Of a stretch of DNA of 64,000 nucleotides, positions 1 to 14,077 are shown piece by piece. The notes below the pieces were generated by a model that was not told the origin of the DNA, did not search any database, and saw only the letters and a program-made list of their open reading frames with translations. Origin of the DNA: the human T2T-CHM13v2.0 reference genome, Homo sapiens; assembly GCF_009914755.1 (NCBI RefSeq), contig NC_060933.1; one strand, 5' to 3'. The position numbers and the translations under genes are program-made. Each line of letters opens with the position of its first letter. Position 1 is the first letter of the stretch.

Positions 1-114
1 CTGGGCTGGGGGCAGGCCCCCCAGTGCTGGGGGGGTCGAGGGTCCTGGGCTCTCTCCCACCCGTTCGATTCCGGGAGCCCCTGAAACGCGCCCCACTGCA
101 CCGCCCTTCTCCCG

Positions 115-128
115 CCAGCAGGGGGCGC
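115..128 (+). promoter_or_regulatory. CTCF motif
   Basis: CCAGCAGGGGGCGC matches the CTCF core CCASYAGRKGGCRS. Confidence 0.7.
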
Positions 129-369
129 CGAGGAGAGCGCGGGCTGAAGGCAGAGCCGACGCCGCTTCCCGGAGTCGGGACTCCGGGGTCCAGACCAAGG
201 CTGCCGCTAGCCCGCGGCGAGGCTCTGGGACGACAACCGGGCGGGACTCAGGACCCCGGGCCCTGGCTAGAGGTCCGCCGCGCAACGCCACCACCCGGGT
301 TGGCGCCTGCCCGGAAGCGCGGGCGTCCAGGGGGCGGGGCCGGGAAGCGCTTCCGGGGGCGGGGGGCGC

Positions 370-468
370 GGGCTGGGGCGGCAGCCGGAGCGGCGGGGAC
401 TGGCCTGGCGCCGGCGGCGGCGGAGGGGGCGCCGCGGGCGGGCGATGTGAGCGCGGCGCTCTGGACAG
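370..468 (+). other. ZBTB34: ZBTB34 non-coding exon 1 (5' end approximate)
   Basis: Lies downstream of the GC/ETS boxes and ends at a consensus donor CAG|GTGAGG (468/469). Confidence 0.8.
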
Positions 469-1649
469 GTGAGGCACGCTGGCCGGGGGCGGCGAGCAGC
501 GGGCTAGGCGCGGGCGGGGCAGGCGGGGCAGGCGGGGCGGGGGGCAGTCCCCGGGCCGCTGTCCGGCTCCCTCTGGGCGCGGCGGGGCGGGAGCCTCCGC
601 GCCTGGTCAGTCCCGCGGGCAGGCGGCCGGCGCGGGCGGGAGCCGAGGCCGGGCGGGGTCCGGAGGCCCCGGGCACCTGCTGGGGTCAGGCGCGCGTCCC
701 CGAGGGGCCAGCTGTGCTCGGTCCTGGAGTCCCGGCGCCGCTGGCCCGGCTGAGGGTCGCGCTCGGGCAGCTGCCCTGGGCTCCCAGCCTCCGCCCGGGG
801 CGTCTCGGGATCCCCAGCTTCCGGGCCCCTAGCCCTGGGGGCGCTCCCTTTTGTACGGGGAGGGAGGGCAGATGGTTGAGTTCCCTGGAGAGCCGGCCGG
901 GCCAGGGGTCGGCCCTTCGGGTGGCTGCCACGGAGCCGCTGCCTCACGCCACCGCCTTCCTCCAGGTAAACAGGCGGCGGCGACGGGTTGCGCTTGGCCC
1001 CAGACGTCTCCGTGGCCACTCGCGCTCAGTTGGTCCTGCCATTGCGGAGGGCTGGGCTGGGGCTGACCGGGGTTGTAAACAGTGCCCTTCTAGGCCAAGT
1101 GGCTGTGCTTTCAGGGCGGCACTCGTCTGGGAGTCTCTGTCTTGAGGCCTTCCGCAAGCCCCTTCCATGCTAGGACTCAGTTTCCCCATGTGATCATTGA
1201 GGGTTTCATTTAACTCTCTAAGAACCCTTCTGGCTCTGCCATTCCGTGTATGTCTCAAATTGGAAGGGCTGTCCCTGATTCAAGATACTGGGCAGTTTCG
1301 CTGAAGACTTTGTCAGTGTGGACTTTTTAAGCCACTTACTGCATTTTGTTTCAGACAGGCTTTAAAATGATTTCAAGAAGCGTTTTCTAAACCTCACCTT
1401 AATCCTCATTCATCCCTTGCTTTTGTCCCTAGTAGTAGTTAATCACATTCCGCCGAGTTTTTGCATGCAGAATTTTTTGTTGTTTATATTTGCCCATTTT
1501 CTCTTTGTTCCCTAGTCCAGGCCCTCTTTGCTTCACATCTGGATTATTGCAACAGCTTCTAAGCTGGTCGCTGACTCCAGAGGTTCCCCCCTCCCCCATC
1601 CTTCCTTTATGCTAAAGCCAAACTTACTATAGGAAGTCAAAAAATAGTT

Positions 1650-2600
1650 GAGTGCTTGCTTGCTTATTAAATGGCAAGATGCTGTTCCATGTGGTGGGAA
1701 AGTAGTAGAAGGCACACTTACAGTCTCCAGGCAGCTTTACACAGGGTGCTGAGACATTACTTATGAAAAGGTAATTTTGATGAGACAAGGCTGTGTGCTG
1801 TAGAATTAAGAAGGAGAGATGGAGGTCACTGTAGGCCGAGTGGTTAGGGAGGGTTTAGTGAGGGGCGGGATTTGAGCCGGGTGTTAAAGGATGAGTAGCA
1901 TTCAGATAGGAAAAGAGGAATCAGGCCCAGTGATCCTATGGAGTTAGTGAATAGACCAGTCTCCTGGCAGAGAAGGGTTCATATAGGAGGGAAGTAGGAG
2001 GAGAGGTGGGCCGCGGCTAGTTCCTCAACTCAAACACTAGGTCAAAGTTGAAACTACTGAAGGCATTGGTGAAGAAGCTAGAGGCCAGGAGATCAGTTAA
2101 GAGGCCACGGCAGTTATACCACTGTTCAAAGCTGAGTAGTGGCCTCTTGCCTGCCACGGTATGTCCAGCCACCGCCCACCCTGTCTTTTCAAGACTCTCC
2201 GTGGTTTGGCCCCACCCCACCTACCTGAACCTTATTCTCTGCTTCTCCAAGTCTGTCCCCTGCAGAACTGAGTTAGTTACGGCTTCTTGGGTTTTGCTTC
2301 TGTTGTTCCCCCTTCTGAAGCACTGGCCTCCTTTTTCTTTTCTGTGCAAATTCTCCATTTCACTTCCTTCAAGCCCCTGCTGCAGATATACTTCCTCCAG
2401 AGGGTGTTCCCTGACTTCCCTGCCCCCATGGCTTTGTGGCACTCGGATTCAGCACTTGTTCCTTGGCTGTTGAACTTGTTCTTGTCCCAACTGGAGTGGG
2501 AGTTTTTTTAAGGGCATTGTGTCTTAATACTCCTCTCGGAGACCTTATAGTATCTAATACTGGGGCTGGACTTCTATAATAGGTACTCAAATACTTCCTG
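1650..2600. mobile_element. L2 LINE fragments
   Basis: Decayed L2-like motifs, including an L2-type 3' end (aataggtactcaaatac) near 2578-2595. Confidence 0.45.
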
Positions 2601-2859
2601 ATTTTTGTTGGTAAACAACTTTTTGTTTTGTTTTGTAATTTGCCTTTTTTTTTTTTAAGGAGAATCTGTTTTTATCAGCTTTCTGTGTCATAGATAAGTG
2701 ATATGTAATGCTACCATTCAAGGTGGTTGTTTTCAGCTTGCTCTCTTAGGGTGCAGAAAGCACAAAACGAATCTTTGAAACTTTGAAACGTTTCCCTCTG
2801 ATCATGGGAAAAGGTAAAAGTCATGTGATTCTTCATTCGGAGGCTGTGGGGAAAGAACA

Positions 2860-3080
2860 GCAGCTTTGGAATCAGAGACCTGGGTTTGAATCCTAGCAAG
2901 TCTGCTTACCAGCTCTGTGAAGTTGAGCAATTTATCTAATGCCTCTGAGCCTCCGTTTCTTATTTGCAGTGTGGAGGATAATAAAATCCAATGAACTGTA
3001 AACGAAAATGGAACGAAGTAGAAAAATGTGCAGCACCTAGTAACTGCTTAGTACATTTTCATTATTGTTATTGTCATTAT
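2860..3080 (+). mobile_element. MIR SINE
   Basis: gctttggaatcagagacctgggtttgaatcc...ctctgagcctccgtttct MIR core. Confidence 0.75.
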
Positions 3081-3319
3081 TGGGTGTACATTTATCAAGG
3101 TGGAGAAATGATAAGCTGCTGAACTGTGTACCTACTGAGTTTTGGATTTCTGCACCGCTGTGTCCCCCCACTTTTGCCTTCCATTTGAAGCACTTGTCTA
3201 AAATGTCAGTACCATGAATCTAGTTACGTTTTATTCCCGTTAATGTTCATGTTACTTTAGTTTAAATTCTGCTTAATGTTTTTCAAACTTCTTAATTGTG
3301 TCTATTTAATGTTTTGTAG

Positions 3320-3440
3320 CTGACAAACTGCTGAATTTAGCTTAGTGAAGGTCATCAACTGAACGCAGTTAAATTTCTAATGGTTATTTTCTGGTTGATG
3401 TTGATGGCAAGGAAAACCTCATGGAAGAATGCAAGTCAAG
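3320..3440 (+). other. ZBTB34: Candidate ZBTB34 cassette exon (coding from ATG 3421)
   Basis: ttttgtag| acceptor and AAG|GTGAGC donor; ATG 3421 splices in frame to the main CDS (MEECKSR-VRF-MSVEM). Confidence 0.55.
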
Positions 3441-3879
3441 GTGAGCTTTTCTAATCCTTTTGTCATAAGAGGCAGGACTTAATGTATTTTCCAGGGCCAG
3501 TGCCCCTGAAATGCTAGCCAGCAGTAAGCAGATAAGATGCTGTGCCTTACTATTTTTTAGTTATTTGCCTTAAGAAAGCTTATTTTATCTGAAACAAATC
3601 CTCTCAATTAATGATTAAAATATGAAACATCTTTTTTCCTACTTCACTGACAGAAGTAAAAATAAGGGACATTTTGCAAAGAAATGACTGCAAACCACTT
3701 GAAGTACAACATATTGTGACCCCTTAATCATCACAGTGTCAGACCCAGCCTGACTTTGTCTGTGTGGTGGAACATCCTTAAATGAGAATTCTCTTTCTAC
3801 TCGGAGTTGATCAGTAAGAATCCAGCACCAATAAAAATCCTGCATCTCACCAGTATGCCTGGATTAAAATCTTACTCTT

Positions 3880-4080
3880 ATAAGAGATAAGAGTTCTGAG
3901 TCTGAGACTGACAAATCTAGGTCCAAATCCTGGCTCAGCCAGTCATTAGCTGAGTGACCTTGGGTAAGTTTCTCAGCCTCTCTGGGTTTGCTTCCTCGTC
4001 TGTAGAATGGGGATAACTGCAGCCTCTTAGTGTCGTCTAAGAGCTTACTTACCATACTGTACACAGTAGGAGCCTACTGA
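3880..4080 (+). mobile_element. MIR SINE
   Basis: MIR core gtgaccttgggtaagtttctcagcctctctg...ctgtagaatgggga. Confidence 0.75.
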
Positions 4081-5384
4081 CCGTTAGTCCTTGTCATTGC
4101 TAGTAAAATTAAAGAGGCCATTCCTCTCCTGCTTGGAAAGCTCAGAAGAAGCTTCTGATGATGTTTTGCATTGACTAAAAGACAAATCGCACCCTCTTGG
4201 AATTAGTGTATCTGAGCAGACCTGGAGAATGTTAACGCCTTGGTAGGAAATGTAACAGTTTGGATAAAAATGTTCTTTCAGGCTCACATGAATTAATGCA
4301 GTAAGAACTCTAAACTTGTTTTCTTTTAAATTAGGATGAGTGCTTCATGAATATCCATCACAGAATGCCATTTTATTTATTTTTTTTTTCTTGCATTGGG
4401 TTTCAGTAGCACCAGAATGTTTCACACAGCCCTGGTGTTATTTGACTGCTGCTTTCTAAAAGATTAGATTGTAGCTCATGACAGCTCAATTTTGGTTTTA
4501 ATCTAGACCCAGGCAGAAATACCTAGAAAAGTTATTTTTATATAATTGTTACTTCTGTTACCATGCCTTTTGTCTGCGGTGCTTCAGTCTGTGGTCTTTT
4601 TAATGACTTTGTATGAAAATGAAAATTAGGGATCTTCAGGTTTCCAGTGCCTGCCAGAGAAAGCCTCGTTTGAGCTGTGTCTCAGGTATCAGCAAATGAC
4701 TGAAGCCAGCAGGTGCAAATCTGGGTTTGGAATCATGAGCATCTTGATTGAGAATAATGGGTACCTCCTGGTGCCTTAAACAACTTCCAAATTTGTAACT
4801 TTCCTTTCTTTTCTTGGAAGTGTAACTGGATATTTTTAAACAAAGTGTAGCATCTTGTGGAGCAAATTAGACTGTTTATGGGTTAGGTTGGAATAAGCCA
4901 CCGTGCTAGATTTTGCTGTGGGCAGAGACGATCCCGCATCTCTGGGGTCTCCAGAAGGAAAAGTTCAGAGCTGAGGGTGCGGCTGTAGTGGCAGTCCATG
5001 GATCTTGAGCCACCAGCTTGTTTTAGTTGACATGTACTGAGAGCCTCTCTGCCCCAGACACACTGCTGGGCTCTGGGCACGCAGTCCCTGCCCTCAGAGA
5101 GCTCACCGCCAGGAGTGGAAGCTCAGCAGTGAGGAGTCTCACAGAATCAGCACATTTCTAATTGTTCAGCTTTTACATTTTTACTTTTGTTCTGGTTGTT
5201 GATATGTGGAGACAGTTCCAAGGCTTTATCCAAGAAAGTTGTAGAGGAGATTTTAAGGCCCAGGTGGGTGTTTTGCCCAGATGGCATCTGAGAGTCCCTT
5301 CTTATTTTTAGGTTCTCTGCAGAATGGGTCAGCAGTGTGAGAGGATGTCATTAGTTTTCCATTGTTTCATTTCCTCACAGCTTA

Positions 5385-5735
<351 letters not shown>

Positions 5736-6449
5736 TCAGTGGAAAGGCTTGAGGAGAGGGCTAGGTGAGGATGTTACCCCCTTCATCAGGTGCTGTGTTT
5801 CCATTCCTCTTTTCTAGGAGCAAACACCCTTTCTATTCTCAGCCTTCTCTCTTTTTTTTTTCCCTCCCCGAGTAACCTCATTTTACCAAAACGATCCTCA
5901 GTCAGTACACAGTCACTCCCAAATCAGTATCTTCGGGTCTAATATTTCTCTCTAGCTCCAGCCCCATATTTCCCACGACCCCGTGAAAAACCTGAGCCCA
6001 GCTTGTCCTGGCTGAGCTACGTGGCCTCCGAGTAGACACCATGCCTCAGTCTCCAGGTGCTGCCGCCAGAATTCTGTTTGAGTTCTCTGAGTATTCAAGG
6101 CCCTCCACCTTCTGACTGTGGCCTTCTCCTTCCATGGCCTTCCTTGTCCCTGAGCTGGGGCCACTGCATGCTGCCTGCTCTACCCCAGACGCTGTTTGCA
6201 TTCCCCTGTGCCCTGTTCCTGCTTTTCCTTCTGTCTGGAGTGTTCTTTTTTTTCCCTTTGAAATGCAAGGCCTTGTTCAAAAATATCTTCCTCCATGAAG
6301 TTTTCTTTTGTTCTATTTTGATTTTTTAAAAATCTTTTTGGTCAAAAGTAATCAGCCTTGTATTGTTCCTTGTAGTTCTTCGTTTCTGCCTTTATAACTG
6401 TCTGCTTGATGTAATAATTATCCATTTGCAGCCCATCTTTCTACTCTAG

Positions 6450-7500
6450 ATTCCTTGGTTTAAAAAATTATATATTTGTAGGTACTAACCTACATGGCTT
6501 AAAAAAAAATTTTAGTGAGAATAATAGTTATGTGATTTTTTAAATGCAAAGGTATAAAATAAAGTCTGTTTCCCTTCCCTCTCCTTAGTCCTTCCCCACA
6601 GTGACCACCATTAATAGTACCACGTGGTTCCTTCCAAAATGGATACAGCAAGCAACGTAATATAATTCCTTTACAAAACGTACATGAAGGGAATGACATA
6701 TATGCATACATATTAGTCTACATCTTGCTGTTTTTGGCTAAATCTTAGCACTCCTTCCATATCAAAGCATACAGATCTACCCACTCTTCTTAATAGCTGC
6801 GTAGTATTTCATTGTTGATTATATTTTTTGAAACCAGTTTCCTTTGGGGGTTCCTTTTTTTTTTTTTTTTTGCTATAGCAAAGAAAAATTCTTAGTGGTT
6901 GTTCTCATATGTCTCTCTTACACTTTTGTAGGTCCTATATATTAGTAGGCTTAATTCCTCCCCGTTACTTGTGGACCAAAAGGTAAATGCCTTTTACATT
7001 TTGATAGATACTACCAAATTATTCATTCCTGAGGACTACACTTGCCAGCTCTTTTAAACTGTGTGCAAGGCTGATGGGTTAAAAATGGTATCTCATTATT
7101 TTTTCTTTTTGTATTTCAAACGTCTTTAATCAGAAGTAAATTTTAGCATCTTTGCTTCTTTTTTTGTCATTTTTCTTTTTTTTTTTTTTTTGAGCTGTTT
7201 GTATCCTTTGCCCATTCTCCCATAGGGGTTTTTTTTGTGTATGTCACCTAATTTGATTTGTAAATTAAGGAATTTGGAAAGTAGTTCTTTGTCAAATATG
7301 CATATATTTTTCCTCAATATATCATTTATCTTTTGGCTTTTGGCGAAAAGGGGTATTTTTTTTGTCATGTACTTTTACGTTGTCGAATGTATTTGTCTTT
7401 GCCTTTGTGGCGTCTGAGATTTATGTCATGCTTGGAAAGGCCTTTGTGTCAGTGTTATAAATAAATTCACCCATGTTGTCTTTCATTTTTTTGTTTTTTT
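6450..7500 (-). mobile_element. Old L1M fragments
   Basis: T-rich, with antisense L1 ORF2/3' motifs (atggtatctcatt, cctttgcccatt). Confidence 0.6.
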
Positions 7501-9029
7501 TTTTTTGGTGATAAGTCTTTTTAAAATACTGGCATAGGAATAGAGTGGCATTAAATGGAAAGTAATAAGATCCTCCATACATTCCTTGGTGCTTTATAAG
7601 AAATTGGTTGACATGTGACACCTTTGAAAATTCAAAGGAGCTGTGTTTGCCATTGGTGGGCCACGGTATTTTATGTGACCCTCTAATGTTACATATAAGG
7701 GCAGTTATTGCCTTTTTGCCTCTTTTACTAACTCAGTGAGGGTGGGGAGCTGAATGGAAGAGCAGGGGCTTGAGTTACTGGTTTCTGTTCACCCTTCTCA
7801 GCCTCAGCCGTGAATGTGACATGATGGTCGCTTGCTCTTCCTGTTTTTGTCGAGTGGCTTTTTGTTCTTAAGCCCCTTTGGGTAAAATGCGTTAACCTGG
7901 ATTGGGGGGTGTCTCTCCCTTGTGTGTTGTTGCAGAGCAGCCTCTTGCTGTCCTGATGCATGGGCGCAGTGATGGATTCTGTAGCTTTTTTGAGTGGGAT
8001 CTTGCGAAGATGTCAAGCAGCATTACTTACCAAGCCTGTCGTCATATGGTCTCGCATCAGACCTTAATTTTCTTTTCAGCGCATCCATGCCTGCTTATTT
8101 CCAGAGCCCCCGCTTTGGCTTTGGACTTCAGGTCTGTGGGAGGAGTGTCCCAGGATGGCTCGTGCGGTCATTTCCAGGCAGTGCCGCTCTCCCTGTGGCT
8201 TGTACCCACAGTGCCTCACTGTGTGAGTGTCCTCCTGCTCTGGTTGCCCAGCCGGCCATCACTCCACAGCGTGTGTTCATTTCTCCCAAAGCTGCTCGCC
8301 TTCAGCTGTGCTCACCTTTGCAGTGTGGCTTCCATGTCTGCCGTCCTCTGGTGCTTTCAGACTTGGCTTCGTCACTGCTTGGTCAGTCCTGGAGGGCCCC
8401 TCACAGTTTGCTGTTGCTTTCAGGGCGCCGGTCTCAATGCTGCTTTGAATTCTGTTGAACTTGGGCTGAACCCTGTGTCTTCTTGGCAGCATCTGCTCTC
8501 TGTGACTTTCACCTTCAAACACCAAAAGGACCGGTTTACTTGAGCCCTAGATCTGTGGTTTCTAATTAATTGAGGCTTTCGCATGTAAAGATAGCTTTTT
8601 ATTTAAAGCAAGTAGAGTGAGCCAGGGTCCGGGGCTCTGAGGAGGAAAGGGGGATCAAAGCTGTGAATATGGAGGGCATGATACACGGTGGCCGCGGGGC
8701 CCACCTGGAACATTCTTCTCCTCATAACCCTTCTGCTAGTGATTCTGGTCTAGAAAAGAGGGAGATTTTGCTCTACAAAGAGGGTGCTTCACTAAACTCC
8801 TACAGCTGAAATTGCTTGGTCACAGCGAATATGCAGATGTAATCTTGATGGATATTACTAAAATGCCCTCATTTGCCCTTCTCTATTCTGGGCAGCAATA
8901 GGGAGGATGTTTGCCCACCCCCACCCCCCACCCCATCTCCATCCCTTTCCTTGACACTGTCCTAGGGCAGGAATGTAACACAGGTCCAGCTCGCTAGGGA
9001 TAAGGGGTTGTTGTATAGGGACCTAGATA

Positions 9030-9220
9030 TGCACACTTCAGAAGGGTCCTGGGAAAGTCAGCTGCTTGGATCCTTGGTTTCCTCATCTTTAAAATGGGAG
9101 TCATTGTACCTGCCTTAAGGGGCAGGTTGGGAGGATTCAGAGACATACTGCGTCCTAAGCCTTACTTACGACATGCCTGGCATGTATTACACATTCAATA
9201 AAAGCTGGTCACGGATGATG
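9030..9220 (+). mobile_element. MIR SINE
   Basis: tttcctcatctttaaaatggg core. Confidence 0.55.
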
Positions 9221-10353
9221 ACGGTGGTGGAGTGACTCTGCCAAGTAGAGGGGGAGGCTGAGGGGTGTGGCAGCAGGGGCAGTCATCCCCTTTCACAGTA
9301 GCCCAGGCTGGTGTGGGGGCGGCTGGGTGCCTGGAAGTAGGAGAATGTCGGTCCTGCCCACATCAGAGGTGGTCCTTCCCAGAAGCTACCTGGGAGACCA
9401 GTGGTGGCCTTGTGTGGTCACGGCAGAGGCTGTGTGTGAGGTGAAAGCTATTCCACAGGTGTGAAATTATTCTCTTTCTTTGTAAGAAAGTAAGATTTTG
9501 GAAGTAAGAAATTAAAGAAATTGAAAGAGCAGAAAGATTGTCTTTCCATTGATTGAGTGAACAGAAGAGACCTGTGAAGAAGTTGAGGAGGTGACAATTT
9601 TGAACTTACCAAAAAACCATTTCAACAAAGTTCTATCCATGTGTATTTTTTAAAAGAAGTATCTCACATTCTTTTTCCAGAGTATAGTTTTTATAAACAA
9701 AAACAGAATTTTTGTTAAAATACGTATCGATACTGAAAATAAATCCAGCTTGTATGTGCTTGTTTTTTAAATTAAAATAATAGCAGTGTAAATGTCTAAT
9801 TTGGGTGTGGTTTTTTTGCCTAGAATAATGTGACAGAAACACCTATGATTAATCTCCTGAATTAAAGAGTTCTGGTTCTGATGGTTTTAGTGAGTGGAAT
9901 AATCAAATTCATTTTTGTTTTCTGAGGCAGCTGCAAACTTAATCTAAATGAAAAACTAATATAAATCACTACTCTGCATTATCAAAAATGAATTCCATTC
10001 CCATCTCTCTCTGAGTGGGGAGGAATCTGCATTAAGCCTCTATCAAACTGCAAGACTGGGACTTGTATTCATCTTTGAATTCCCTTTGGTTTTCTGTATG
10101 TAAGAGATTGATATTGAGTGAATATTTCCTATAAATGTAGGAAAAATAATTTAAATTCCCAGTCAGTGTGCCATTTAGTGATTGCAATTAAATCTAATAC
10201 TTGCAGCGCATGACAAAAGGCTAATTTCCTTAATTTGCGAAGAGCTCTGACAAATCAATAAAAAAGGCAAATAAGGGCAAAGGATGTGAGTAGGCAGTTC
10301 AAAGACAAACTTAGACAAATTGCCATTAAACATGAGAAAAGATATCAACCTCA

Positions 10354-10674
<321 letters not shown>

Positions 10675-10906
10675 TCAAAACAATGAGGTACATCTTTCAC
10701 CTATCAGTTTGGCTGAAAAAGTGAAAGGGTTCGATACCCATTGCTGGCCACTATGGGGAAGGAGGCCCTTCCCTGTAAACAGATAATTGCTGCTACCTCT
10801 TAGAGGGTAATTTGGCATTATCAACTGAAATGAAAAATTTACCACAATTCTGCTAGAAGTTGAGGCTACAGATTTACTTACATAAGAAAGCCAAGATGTA
10901 AGTGAG

Positions 10907-10908
<2 letters not shown>

Positions 10909-10942
<34 letters not shown>
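10909..10942. repeat. (GT)n microsatellite, ~17 units
   Basis: Direct reading. Confidence 0.95.
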
Positions 10943-10944
<2 letters not shown>

Positions 10945-11046
10945 AGTGGGGGTGACATTCTGTGTTTGTAATGGCTTTCTTAGTATCAACTGGGAACTGG
11001 TTAAGTACGTTGTGATATAGCCATCCATGGAATACTATGAAGTTAG

Positions 11047-11337
<291 letters not shown>

Positions 11338-11551
11338 GGAAAGATTTTAAGCTATATTAAATAGATTTCTTTAAAGTAGGGTACAGAACAGTTTATGCTG
11401 ATAGATGTTGAAAATTTTCTCTGAAAGAATACCCCAAAACTCCTACCAGTGATTATCTTTGGGAAGAGGGGCTGGGGGAAAGTTTTATTATTTCTGTTCT
11501 GTGATCTGAAGTTCTACCATATGCATATATTGTATTTTAAAGATAAAATTA

Positions 11552-12148
<597 letters not shown>

Positions 12149-12995
12149 ATGTAATTCAAAATTGATCTAACTTAGGTGTAGGCCCACTGACATTCCACAC
12201 AGGGGAGAAAATCAAGAGCTTCAAGAAACCAGTGAGTAGCCCATGTTGTAAAGCTGCTAGTACAGAGGGATAGAGGATCATATTTGAACTTGAATTGTGC
12301 CTACGTAAGAGGCTCTGACCTCCTCTATCCTGGGATCACTGGACCTGATAAATCTACACATGGAGTGTAGAACTTGTGATCGATGATGAGTTTCTCTTCC
12401 TTTAGTCTGGTCATATGGCTCAGACTGAAATTAACTGTAAGTTCACTATGTGCCAGTCATTTAGAAGCTTCTTGTTCAAGAGTGTGGCTTGTTAGCAGCT
12501 CTAGGGGGGAATCTTTGAATCTCATTGTCACTGTGGAAAGGAAGTGTTAATGTAAGGGAGAGGAGAGCAAAGCACTTCCTTTCTCATATTGCAGAAAAAT
12601 GGAATCCCACTCTTAGGTGTTAATCATGGCGTTCCGTTTTTCTCAGTGATTATCTTTCAAGTGTAGTTCTCCACCTTTCTTCTGAGAAGTAGTTAAGGAA
12701 AAAACAGGAGGGGGAAGCCTCATTGGGAAGCCGCTTTCAGTTGTACATTCTATTTCAGAAATGCTCTGTTGCATTCCTTTCTGTACTGGTTTTTGCCCTG
12801 CAGTCCACACCTTTAAAAAGCCTGAACCCACCTTCCTTTTGTCCTTGCATTCCAAAAGTCACTATTTACGCACCCCGTGTCATGAGAATGCTATGATGAG
12901 TAGGTAACATTTGCCTATTTGTTAGGTGCCAGCTGAGTTGCATTTTTATAAGTTTTGCCAATTTGAGAAAGAAGTATTTTGTCTCATGTTTATGC

Positions 12996-13291
12996 ATTTA
13001 TTTATTTTTGAGACAATGTCTCACTCTATCACCCAGGCTGGAGGGTAGTGGCACAATCTCAGCTCATTGTAACCTTGACCTCCAGGACTCAAGCCATGCT
13101 CCCACCTCAGCCCCCCGAGTACCTGGGACTACAGGCGCCCACCATCTTGCCTGACTAATTTTTGTATTTTTAGTAGAGACAGGGTTTCACCACGTTGGCC
13201 AGGCTGGTCTCGAACTCCTGAGCTCAAACGATACGCCTAACTCGGCCTCCCAAAGTGCTGGGATTACAGGCATGAACCACCGTTCCTGGCC
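12996..13291 (-). mobile_element. Alu (AluJ)
   Basis: Antisense dimeric Alu. Confidence 0.92.
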
Positions 13292-13300
13292 TCATATTGA

Positions 13301-13633
<333 letters not shown>

Positions 13634-13764
13634 TAAGCATTTTTTCTCTACATGTAAAGGCTATTTTTATTTCTTTTTAAAAGCCTCTGTTCATACATAG
13701 TCGCGTTTTTCAGTTGTTACATTTGGCTTTTATTGATTTGTGAGAGACTCTGCTGTGTATGTTC

Positions 13765-14077
<313 letters not shown>

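Larger units (their letters stand above)
1..1130 (+). promoter_or_regulatory. ZBTB34: CpG island / promoter of ZBTB34 (extends into intron 1)
   Basis: Very GC- and CpG-rich; GC boxes GGGGCGGGG at 331-340 and 356-365; ETS-like CCGGAAGC at 311-318; no TATA box. Confidence 0.9.

Noticed and set aside
961-971. CAG|GTAAAC possible alternative donor
   Set aside because: Moderate motif only, with no supporting acceptor or TSS evidence.
24-1145. 373-aa ORF and overlapping ORFs in the first CpG island
   Set aside because: Low-complexity G/A/P/R sequence expected from stop-poor GC-rich DNA; non-ATG start; crosses the exon 1 donor; no domain.
2750-2813. Possible small exon (ttag|...AAG|GTAAAA)
   Set aside because: Weaker donor and its ATG is out of frame with ZBTB34; cannot be supported from sequence alone.
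4402-4447. Hairpin starting TAGCACCA (miR-29 seed-like)
   Set aside because: Stem only ~9-13 bp and the rest does not match miR-29; not a pre-miRNA.
7902-8543. 213-aa intronic ORF
   Set aside because: Non-ATG start, no recognisable domain, similar ORFs in other frames; probably chance.
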